Below, in pieces: positions 53,479 through 64,000 of a stretch of 64,000 bases of DNA (the first letter of the stretch is position 1; every line of letters begins with the position of its first letter). Below the pieces are notes generated by a model. It did no database searches and was not told the origin of the DNA. It worked only from the letters and a program-made list of their open reading frames with translations. A program made the position numbers and the translations under genes. The DNA comes from Cetorhinus maximus (taxonomy: Eukaryota). The stretch lies in contig NC_135905.1 in NCBI RefSeq assembly GCF_964194155.1, forward strand, positions 15,066,001 to 15,130,000. Reading direction: 5' to 3'.

Positions 53479-54544
53479 GTAAGTATACTTACACATGCTC
53501 CAGAGATACCACACTTGTAACAAACAGCACTCGGGGCAAGTAACTCAGTACAGATTTATTTAAGTGTATTCATTGATGCTATAAATCGGTACAAATTAAA
53601 TTACTTTAGCGCATTGTTTTAAACTGTTTACTATAGAAGGAAATACTCAGTGATAGTTCTATGTCAATGATATAATGGATAAGTTAGAGAACAAATTAAG
53701 AAGTTGTAAATTTCCTACAGTTCACACAGGTGCTGACTGCAGTTTGCACTAGAACTAGCTTCTGAAAGCTATGTGATAGCTTGTCAATTGGGAATCTGTG
53801 GTGATGGGAGGGGATAAAGATGTTGTCATTTGGTCTCTAGTGATTCATGGTGATTGTTGGGGTAAGACTGCTAGCACAATGACCTGTTTCTTGTGAGGAG
53901 AGTGAGGCTTTTGATGAATATTTTGTTAGTAAGAATCCATCTAGTAGCCCAGATGAGAACCATCACCATTCCCTCCCCAATGATGTTCACTAAATCTATC
54001 AAAGCTGGCACTTATGTACACAACTCTGGACCAGAAACATAGCAACAGGGGGTGGCCGTTCAACGCCTTGATCTTGTTCCACCATTCAATTAGATCATAG
54101 CTAACAAAACTGGAGGTAGGATGAGAGAACAACAACCTGAGCTTCTCCATCAGTGAGTCACCCTTAATCTTCCGCAGTTCAATTCTCATAACAAGACCTG
54201 GCTTTGTGTCAATCCCCTCCTGCATATACGATATTTTGTGGTTACTCAGTTAAGACTCAAACAGTGGCTTCTATTTTCTGGATCAACAACAAATCTGAAA
54301 TGCAAACATACACATTAGTTGCGAAAAATATTACATTTTTGCTCCATTTTCCATCCTCCTTATCTGGAGGTTCCACGGGCAGTGTCAATTCTCCATTAAC
54401 TCACTGAGCTTGTACATGAGGTTAGACAGTGAATGTCTGTTGACTATTTGACTGTGGGGGGCATGACAGGCAATCCTGATCTCATCTAACGTTTTTCACT
54501 GGGAATAAAATCAGAAACATGAACTTTGGCCAATTCCTCTCTCA

Positions 54545-55465
54545 GAAATTTACAGCACAGAAGGAGGCCATTCGAGGCAGCTGAAAAGGAGCCATCCAGT
54601 TTACTCCCACTTTCCAGCTCTTGGTCTGTTATTTTCTAGCTTACGGCACTTCAAGTGCATATCTGCCTCTACCACCCTTTCAGGCAGTGAGTTCCAGATC
54701 CCCACTATCTTCTGAGTGGAAAAGTTTCCCCTGAAGTCCCCCCTAAACTTCCTCCAACTGACCCTAAATCTAGGCCCCGTTATGGACCCTTCAATAGGGC
54801 CTTCCAATTCACTCTATCCAGGTCCCACATAATCTTACACAATTTTAATTAAGCCTACTTTGTGACAAAGAAAATAACCCAGCCTATCCAATCTTTACTC
54901 ATAATTAAAATTCTCCAGTCCATGCAACATCCTTGTAAATCTCCTCTGTACTCTCTCAAGTGCAATCAGGTCCTTCCTGTAGTGCAGTGACCAGAACTGC
55001 ACCCAGTACCCCAGCTGTGATCTAATTAGCATTGTCTATACTTCCAGCGTAACCTCCCAGCTCTTATATTCTATGCCTCGGCTAATAAAGGACAAGTATC
55101 CTGTGTGCTTTCTTGACCACCTTCTCTATCTGTCCAGCCACCTTCCGGGATCTGTGGACATGCACTCCAAGGGTCTTCTGTTTTTCTACGCTTCTCAGTA
55201 TCCTATTATTTATTGTGTATTCCTTTTCCTGGTTAGGTTTCCTGAAATTCGTTGCCTCACACTTCTCCAGATTGATCTCCATTTGTCACTGTTCCACCCA
55301 CCTGACTAGTCCATTGATATCTTCCTGCAGTCTACAGCTTTCTTCTTTATAATTGTCCATACAGCCAATTTTTGTAGCATCTGCAAACCTCCTAACATTC
55401 CCCTATGTTCAGGTCCAAATCACTGATATATACCACGAAAAAGAAGGGACCTAGTACTGAGCCGT
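54545..55465 (-). mobile_element. CR1 3' fragment
   Basis: RGNFSTQKIVGIWNSLPERVVEA; LGVHVHRS. Confidence 0.8.
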
Positions 55466-55592
55466 CTGGAAGTATCACTGGCTGTGCTACTCAGTGCACA
55501 GCAGAGACTGTGCCACAGGCTTTCCCGATCTTTACAGTAAATTGTACAGCATCACAGTGTTGTCTTACATGATCATTCTGTTCTCGTTATAG

Positions 55593-55810
55593 GGTGATAG
55601 CCCATGACAAAAAACAATTAAGGAAGATGGGGATCACTCATGTGTTAAATGCTGCACATTCCAAATGGGGTAGCGTGGGAGATCAAATCTTCTACGGCAA
55701 GAAAATAAATTACTATGGCATAGTGGCTGACGATTCCCCAGAATTTGACCTGAGTATATATTTCTACACTGCAGCTGAACAGATACATCAAACACTGAAT
55801 ACTCCAGATG
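55593..55810 (+). CDS. Second DUSP13/DUSP29-family phosphatase, coding exon 2
   Basis: gttatag|G GTG ATA; IAHDKKQLRKMGITHVLNAAH..YYGIVADDSPEFDLS; donor GATG|gtaagg; 218 nt. Confidence 0.92.
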
Positions 55811-56258
55811 GTAAGGCATGTTTTGACATTCATTGCATTTAGATGTGCTAAATAGGCAGTGCTGCTGTTGGTAAATTTCTTTGCTATATGGAAATACCCA
55901 ATTAGTAAAGAATGGTAGCATGCCCTAGTTTATGAAATATAAACATTGACCTTTTTGGTACAGTCATGTGGTGTGGTCCATTGGTACATCATGGACTGAC
56001 AAAGAGCCACAGAGGGAAGCTTCATCTCCGTATGAAGCTTCTGATATCAGAGGGAGGTGCCGGGCAAAGGCTAGATGTTCAGCTGGTTAGGGAGAGAAGC
56101 AGAGCTAGAAGGGAAGTCAACCCAGTGACAGTTGTTGAGCTATTAATGACCTGCTACAGTAATGGTTGAAACCTGACAACATTTTGAGAGGCCTGCAATT
56201 ATCCTTCAGTCGGTAAATTCCAAGGCTCCACTGGGAGCACAGGGTATTGCAGAATTTA

Positions 56259-56261
<3 letters not shown>

Positions 56262-56298
<37 letters not shown>
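56262..56298. repeat. (GT)n microsatellite
   Basis: About 18 GT units. Confidence 0.95.
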
Positions 56299-56299
<1 letters not shown>

Positions 56300-56437
56300 A
56301 CAATGCTCACACATGCTACAGATTAAAATCACAAATTGTTCATGTAAATGCACAGTGAGTAAGTTGGAAAAAGAGAGATGCGGACAAATATTATTGCTTT
56401 ATATTGTAATCACGGAATCCCTAGCTTGGCCCAGTGT

Positions 56438-56613
56438 CAATGTTCCCTCTAAGCTGCATGGTCACACAGCAGCCTGAAAACTCCTGCGTAGGCTGCACAC
56501 GAGTCAGCCCCTTTAAGCTGCTGTGTGTGACAGCCACGCAAAAAATAAATTAAAGGGCCCACGCACTCAAACAAATCACCTGCACATTCCCAAAAGCATT
56601 AGAGGCTACATTG
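56438..56613. mobile_element. Small MITE, possibly hAT-type
   Basis: TIRs caatgttccctctaa / ttagaggctacattg (13/15); TSD not clearly preserved. Confidence 0.45.
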
Positions 56614-57409
56614 TCCTGCATCTTGTACTAATGGAGTGCTGTGTTAGGCTCACGCTCCACTAGAATTTTCTAACTGTGAATAGTTCTTTACTATTTCACA
56701 ATCAGTAGCCCTTTAAAGAGCAGTGACAAAAAATTATGACAAATGTTAATATCCTTCTGATTTCTGTTTTGATGTCAGTATTCACCTGAGCAGGAGATAA
56801 CGTCATGTTGAGGGAAATAAATTAGCACAAACCAGAAAACCGGAGGTTAATGTTGATATCTGCAAGTTTTAATTAATCTGGTTAATAACTCCCTGAAGAT
56901 AACTATATTAATGAAGTCATTGACTCCTGTTTAAACAAAAAGGTGAAAAATAAGAAATTCACAAGAACGTATTTGGTGGAGTTTTGTTTTTGATTTGTTT
57001 CTCTTTTCTTCTTTTTAATTTGCAGAGGGTGGGACATTATTCACTGGTGCCAGTCGGCTTCTGTCCCTTCACCCATTCTCCATGTGTGAGGCTGAAGTGA
57101 ACTCAGCAATTTGATCCAATGTGAAGAATGTTTCTGCCAAACCTGATCCTTCCCCACTTCATGTCCACACATGTCAGCCTGGTAGCATGGGTTATTGGAC
57201 GTTAGCTGAGATGAAGAATCCCCACAGAACTTCCCCCTCCCAGTCCTGGGGTGATGTGGGTAAACGTAATCATCTTGACTGAAATCAGCTGATGGACTGG
57301 GCCTTCCCAATTGGGTATAGCTCAGTGCCCCTCCTACCAGTGCCCTTACCCTTAGCGACTGGGGAACCTGGTACAGATCTTTTCCATGATTTGAAATTTA
57401 GGAACAGGG

Positions 57410-57812
57410 GAACATAGGATTTAGGGACAGGAGGAGGCCATTCAGCCCTTTAAACCTGCCTTGCCATTCAGTAAGATCATGGCTGATCTGGTCGTGGTCT
57501 TAACTCCACTTCGCTCTCTGTCCCCATAACCCTTGACTCCCTTGTCTATCAAAAATCTGTCAACTCTGCCTTGAATAAATTCAATGACCCAGCCTCCACT
57601 GCTCTCTGGGGAAGGCAAATCCATAGACTGACGAACCTTTGAGAGAAAAAAATGTTTCCTCATCTCCATCTTAAGCAGTAGACCGCTTATTCTTCAACTG
57701 TGTCCCCTGGTTCTACACTGTCCCATATGTGGAACCATTCTCCTGGTATCTACCCTGTCAAATCCTCTCCGGATCTTATATGTTTCAATAAGGTCACCCC
57801 CTCATTCTTCTA
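57410..57812 (-). mobile_element. CR1 3' fragment
   Basis: Matches 4820-5220. Confidence 0.82.
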
Positions 57813-57900
57813 GTTTAGAATGCAACATTTATGTGACTCGATTCCGATTGCCTGTAGCTGAATAATCCAAACACTCAGCCGTTATATCTTTCTCTTGCAG

Positions 57901-58136
57901 TGAAGTTACTGGTGCATTGTATTCTTGGCATGAGCAGATCAGCCTCGCTGGTACTGGCCTATCTTATGATTTATCACAATCGCTCCCTGCTCGATGCAGT
58001 AAACCGCCTCGTTTTATACAGGCCTGTTTCACCCAACTGGGGATTTCTGCAACAATTGCGCCTATTGGACATTAAGTTAAGTGAAGAGAAGAAACTGCAG
58101 TCCACAGAAGGTGCCATTTATCGCTCGGATTGCTGA
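57901..58136 (+). CDS. Second DUSP13/DUSP29-family phosphatase, coding exon 3 (HCILGMSRS); spliced product 207 aa
   Basis: tctcttgcag|TG AAG; [33 protein letters not shown]; 170+218+236 = 624 nt. Confidence 0.92.
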
Positions 58137-58756
58137 GGGACAACCGGCTGATACAGTGTCGTTGCCTCTTGCTGAAGGTTTTAGATGTTTCTTCACTGCA
58201 GAAGTTCAGAGACAGTCTGATGATATTACTTATTAAAAGGGACATTACAATCCAAGCTGACTTACTGCAATGGCTTACTCCAAAAAATATTCTCTGCATC
58301 CCTTTGCAAACTACAATAGGAGCAGACAGTCCTTTCAACCTATCCGGCTCTTTTTGGTCTTTGTAACAGGAATGGCAGCAACTCTCACTCCCTATCCCCC
58401 CTCCCCAATTCCACCCTAGAGGATTCCTCTCAAAGTCAGGCAACTCTGAAACAAAGTCGTCAACATTTGTATCTTGATCCCGGGCTTCAATTCAGGGTGA
58501 TGTTTGACAGGAGGCAACTTGTCAGATTGTTCCCTCCTCCCTGTTGGGAAATGTCCTCTTCTGAACCTTCTCGGAGATAAAGGGATTGTTTAAAAAAAAA
58601 ACAACTATCAAAATTGAAGTACAATTTATAGTGAATGATTCGGTGTGTAATGACATCACAATATTAAAGAATATGTCAGAATATTGTAGAAGACTTAGAG
58701 AATAACGATACTGTTTAAATAGCCGTTTTTATTCTTATTAAATGATTATATCTGCT

Positions 58757-58878
58757 CTGAAAAGGAGTCAAACGGACTCGAAACTCTGTTGTTCTCTCCA
58801 CAGAGGCTCAGACCTGCTGAGTTCTTCCAGCATTTTCTGTTTTTAGTTCAGATTTCCAGCATCCGCAGTATTTTGTTT
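58757..58878 (+). mobile_element. Penelope-like short repeat with degenerate hammerhead motif on the plus strand
   Basis: ctgaaaaggagtcaaacggactcgaaac followed by ctctccacaga..gacctgctgagt..tttccagcatccgcagtattttg. Confidence 0.6.
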
Positions 58879-59223
58879 TAATCAAATTTATGGGTTATTT
58901 ATGGAATTTTACGCTTAGTTAACGCCTAGTCTGGGATTTTCCGTGGCAGCTGATTTCTTTTGGAATATTCAGTGTCTTCTATTTAATATTTGACACTTTT
59001 TAAATGTTAATTTGCAACTCGCAACATAAGAGAAGAAAGCAGCTCATTCTGGACCAGTTGTTTGTATTGTCAGTGTGACGATAATGAGATTCAAAAAGGA
59101 AGCTTCTCTCTCCATCTTCCAACTTAGTGTAACTTGTAACAATTCCTTCCATTGCATAACTTCAAAAGCTCCCCCAGTATCTGCTGGCCTGATTTAATCA
59201 GCCTTTAGTCCCACCTCTACTTC

Positions 59224-59281
59224 CTGGCAGTAACTCAGGCTGACATCTGGCAGTGACTCAGGCTGACATCTGGCAGTAACC
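59224..59281. repeat. 23-bp tandem repeat x2.5
   Basis: ctggcagt(a/g)actcaggctgacat at 59224, 59247 and partial at 59270. Confidence 0.85.
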
Positions 59282-60534
59282 CGAGACCTTTGTGCGGGTT
59301 ACATCGAAGATGACATCGCACACAGACACGGTGTCACATGCTTTGCTCAGTAAACTGATAGGGGAGGGAGTGTACACTGTATCACTTCTGAACTGGGGGA
59401 CGGAGTAGGAAAAAGGAGCCCGCAAAACACCTTCACAGCCTTACATAAGAACTGAGGACGGTAAGTTCACAGGCAACTTCTCTTTGTAAATGGGGGGATA
59501 GAGACCATGTTCATGTCAGCTCAGTCCTTGCCTGTTTGCTGACAGAAGCGATTCTGCACTTGAGAAGCTGGTACAGTGGCTGTGCTTAAATGTTTGATGA
59601 AAGCTAAATGTGGTTGGTTATTCCGACTTTGGGCGAAGGCTGATCTTTGTTACCATGTCTCAAAAGTTCCTAGTAGCCAATGAGTTGCCTTTTGATAGGC
59701 AGGCACTGTTGTTATGTGGTCAAACTTGGCAGCAAACATGTGCCCAGTATGTCCCACAAAAGCCAATGAATAAAGCAAGTTAGCAAATGCTGAGTGGCCC
59801 ATGGTTCAGTGCTAGGATGGACTATCCTACTGTCACAAGATATTAGCATGCAAATTCACATCCACCTGGATGTCCTGATATAACTGTCAACATCTGATAA
59901 TTAAAGAAGTAATGTAGAAGTTAATGTCCTGAGATATGACTAAATAAAAACAGAACAAAAGCACCTGCAGGCCAGAGAATAAAATTACTCCCATGTCTCA
60001 ATGACTTTGACAGTCATTCAAGCAGCCGAAGTGCATAGTAAGGTGCAAAGAAAATGACTAATGTAAGCAAGATATTCAGTCTAGTAAATTTTATTCACTA
60101 ACAAATAACTGATATGGTTTCCACACATTATTCTTTGACAATTTTTAAACATGGCTTAAACCTTATTCAACAGAAGTGCCTGGAGAAATCCACATTGGTT
60201 TCTTATCATGGGTTTATTTTTAGACATGCGGTGAAAATCAAGGTGGGAATGCTGCATTTGGCTACAATTACACTTACTGCATCTTTGAACTGGCTTCTAA
60301 AGTTGCACGTGCAATAAATAGAAGCCAGTTGTAGGCCCTGACCCCAGCTCCAACTGAGATGACCAAGTTCAGCACAGACCCAGAAAGGGGCCAATCTCAG
60401 CTACAAGAGAGCCCATAATTTGATACAATACTGTCTGTTGCTTTCTTTCAGAAAGAAGACTTGCATTTATATATTTATACATTATAAACCTTTCACAATT
60501 TCAGGATGCCAGATAATCTATTCAGGGTTAATGA

Positions 60535-60875
60535 AAGCAAAATACTGTGGATGCTGGGGATCTGAAATAAAAACTGAAAATACTGGAGAATCTCAGCAGG
60601 TCTGGCAACATCTGCGGAGCAAGAAACAGAGTTAATGTCTCAAGTCAACTATGGCTCTTCTTCGGAACTTGTTCTAGGTGTTAGTTCAGGGATAAATGCC
60701 AGGACCCAGGAGAACCGTCCTGCTCCTTTTCGAATAATGTCAGTTTTGTGCCCAACTGAGGGGGCAGACGGGGCCTCAGTTTAACATTTCATCCAAAAGG
60801 CGACACCTCCAACCATGCAGTAGTCCCTCAGCATTGCATTAGCGTCTTAGCCTAGAGGGAGCTCTGCAGTGGGAC
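60535..60875. mobile_element. Penelope-like short repeat (~60535-60670) followed by a DeuSINE-like fragment (minus)
   Basis: gcaaaatactgtggatgctgg..; agacggggcctcagtttaacatttcatccaaaagg..ccctcagcattgca. Confidence 0.6.
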
Positions 60876-61699
60876 AGAGTCCCCATAAGGATGGGTGGTT
60901 TGAAAAATGATGTAGTTTGAGAGTTGCTTCTCTGAAGTTCAGGTTAAGATGCACCCTTGTGAAATACAGTACAAATTTATCATTCAAACACTTTTGTGGT
61001 TTTGCTCTTTTCTGAAAAATCCTTACATCTAGGTAGATGTTCTGTTACAGTAAGGACCTGCCCAGATTTCCATTTGTGTCCTCCATCAAGAGAATTAATA
61101 TCTGCATCTAGAGCAACTTTAACTATTAGAATGCCATGTCCAACAACAGACACTTCTAGGGTAACAATCAACAACAAAAGTCTGTGCAATGATTCACACA
61201 ATAATTAACATATTTTTTATATAAAAGCCACATGAACTGAGTAATCTGATATTGATAGTTTGCTCCACTAACTACTGGCATCGTGTTGCTCAGGCAGAAG
61301 GTCTAGGCATAAGGACATAGGTTAATGTCCTCATTGATCTTCACACCAGGGAATGGGCAAGACAGATGGATTCTATCTCATCTTCCTTTAATTACTGATA
61401 ATGCTGCCCAGTGGCAGAGCAGCAATGGCAGACATGATGGAGTACCATATACCCCTGTCTGTCTTTGCCTCCCATCTGTGGGTGTGAGTGACTGATAAAG
61501 GGGGAAAATGAGAGGAAATCAGTAAAGAAAAACATATATAGGTAGAGCTGAATTAAAGGAGCTCAATGCGGGTTTTTCCACGAGGCACATGGGAATCAAA
61601 TACTCTTTCATAATGTGGACTCCCCTCTATCCTAATAAGACACAATGACACATAGGCATCAAAACACATTGAAAACCTTTTAAAAAACTAGGTTTGTTT

Positions 61700-61960
61700 T
61701 GCAGCTCAAAATTAGGCTGACGCCATTTAGGAGTGGAAATCTGGAACCCTGTCCCCAAAAGGCTGGGGAATGCTGAGTGAACTAAAATTTACAAGATTGA
61801 GATTGATCCATTCGTGTTAGACAAGGTATCAAAAGCTATGGAACATAGACATGGAAATAGAGTTGAGGTACACGTCAGCCCTGGTCTAATAGAAAATGGC
61901 ACAACAAGGTTGAGGGGCTGAATTAGCCATTTCCGGATCTAATGTTCCTTCCTATGACTA
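61700..61960 (+). mobile_element. Degenerate CR1 3' end
   Basis: ctggaaccctgtccccaaaaggctg..agttgagg..tcagcc..gaggggctgaat. Confidence 0.6.
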
Positions 61961-62033
61961 GCCACTTATCCTTTAAGAGAGTCAGATTTGACAGGGTCAG
62001 ACAAAAGACAGGTGTTGAGTCTTTGCAAACTTA

Positions 62034-62686
62034 GGGCAGGTTTTTCCAGTTGGCAAGCAGGGGCAGGGCCTGCTCACTGACGCGGGAATACGCTGGGTGT
62101 GTGTCCCGACATCACCCTGCGTCACTTAGGCTTTCAGTTCAGCGGGTGCGCAGCTGAATTGGCTGCGCACCCACCAAACTGTCAACGGCCTATTAAGGCC
62201 ATTAAAAAAACGAATTAGCTTGATTGATGGACCTGCCCGTCCAACCTCAGGGTTGGCGGGCAGGCCGGGAGCCCAGGCAGGCCGAACGGGATGAGGTTTC
62301 ATAAGGGCTTTTAAATGTTTATCAAATGTTTAAATAAAAGTTAAGGACATGTCCCAACTCATGTGAGAGTCAGATGAGGGGACGTGTCAGGGAAATTTAT
62401 TTACTGTCTTTCTGACAGTTTTTGAATGGGAGCCGATCTCCCTGAGGCAGCACTTTGCCTCAGGGAGATCTGTGTGCTCTTCTGCGCACATGCGGGAAAG
62501 AGCGCACTCCTGGCTGAGGGAATCCCCCCCCTGCCCACACAGGGAGCACAGTGCTTCCTGGCAGAGGTCACGCTGGCCCACCCACATAAAACAGCAGCAA
62601 CCCCCCGACTAGGGGGGCCGATCGGAAAGCCGGCCACTGGCACCCACTCCCGCACATCCCCCCCTGTCAGGGGGATAATGTTCCCC
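62034..62686. mobile_element. PIF/Harbinger-type MITE
   Basis: TTA TSD at 62031-62033 and 62687-62689; degenerate TIRs; interior homologous to 39068-39759; internal hairpin ctccctgaggca..tgcctcagggag. Confidence 0.8.
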
Positions 62687-64000
62687 TTAGAAAACTGCAA
62701 ATTAAATGTTGTACAAGTCTGCTTGCTAATGAACAAAATAAATTGAAAATCAGGGTGACACTCTGGTAACATGACACTGACACAAATGTGCAGTGGAACA
62801 TAAATTGACCTCTTTGCATATCATTTTAGATTTTTATTAGGGAGATGGAAGTCACACATTTGAGGTTATTCTCTTTTCTCTCCTTCCTCTTTCCAATGAT
62901 CCCCTTGAACTATTACCAGACCCATGGACGATGATAGGTAACCTGACTCTTGATCTTTACCAATGCTATTCTGATGCTCACTGGAGAAATGTATAAATGG
63001 GCAGCTAGCTTTAGGGCAACTCACTCTTGTATCCTGTGGGAAACAGTTAGATTGTCTCCAATCATTATGCCCATTTGATACTAAGTCTCTGATTGGATAA
63101 TCATCAAATAATGACTCATAAGACCAGATTTTCCTCCTCGAGATGGGTGTCAGGAGTTGGGAATTTTCCTGATTCTGTGATCTCTTCTCTGTTGTGGAGG
63201 TTCCCATCAGCTCCTATATTTATCCTGGGGAGGCAGATTTGTGATGGGGATGGGCCCACCAAGTCTCTACACAGGCTTCACAGAGTCGGAAATGGGCCCG
63301 GATGTGGAGGTGGGAAAATGGCGTCGCGGCCCCCAATAAAAAGACCCACCTCTGACACCATTGTTGAGTGAGGAGACAGCGGACCCAGTACTGTGAAGTC
63401 GTCTCTGACTCCCGTCACGCGAGTAGTGAATTTTTCTCTGACTGTATGTGTTGGCCAACAGGTTTTTAACTGTGGTAAAGTTGACTCAGGGTGAGCCAAC
63501 CCTATGAAGGCTGCAATTCGCTTGCTGCCTGCCTTGATTTCTCATGTGATTGCCGCACACAGCATTGACTCACTGCTGGCACTTGTATCTGCTGTCATAT
63601 CAAATGTCTGCGCTCTGCAGTAATTGTGATCAGTAGTGCAGTTTAGTGCCTGCCCCCTGCACCCAGCCTTCAGTCACAAGACTGCTAATTCTAGCAGGTC
63701 ACTGAAGTCCTGACACATGAAGCCACCCAGCACCTCACACTGTTGTTACGCTCCTGCACACCTCATGATCCAATGGTCCCCTGGGTCACGACCGCTCATT
63801 AATCGCTCTTGTCATGCAGCCAGACACGGTGATGACACTCACCTGGCATGTAGATAGCCTGGCACCAGTTATCAGAGTCCCACTCACTAATGTTGCCCAT
63901 TATCCAACTGGACCCATGGACTGTAACTCTTCACATGAGGCGAGCACACATCATGACACATGTGTTTTGTTTGTTGCTGTGCCAGAATGTTCCAGAGGAG

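Noticed and set aside
58122-58136. C-terminal Cys (RSDC) as a prenylation signal
   Set aside because: Not a CaaX, CC or CxC motif.

Overview
Eukaryotic, repeat-rich genomic DNA, most likely from a cartilaginous fish (shark), judging by repeat content and gene order. Minus strand: the first coding exon of SAMD8 (SMSr; 700-1277) and a probable non-coding exon 1/CpG-rich promoter at about 20.1 kb. Plus strand, divergent from it: two tandem 3-exon atypical dual-specificity phosphatase genes, a DUSP13A/MDSP orthologue (30920-45396, 195 aa, HCAFGYSR) and a second DUSP13/DUSP29-family paralogue (53309-58136, 207 aa, HCILGMSR). The rest is mostly CR1 and L2 LINE fragments, SINEs, Harbinger-type MITEs and Penelope-like short elements. 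Top observations: (1) a TSD-flanked 3.2-kb LINE (endonuclease + RT) with a tRNA-like A-box/B-box head and a sense strand essentially free of Pol III terminators, plus SINE-like internal-deletion derivatives; (2) a minisatellite of nine co-oriented CTCF-like sites beside the SAMD8 promoter; (3) hammerhead-ribozyme-like motifs in the Penelope-like repeats. Everything was read by eye: repeat boundaries are approximate and family assignments rest on recalled motifs, not database searches.
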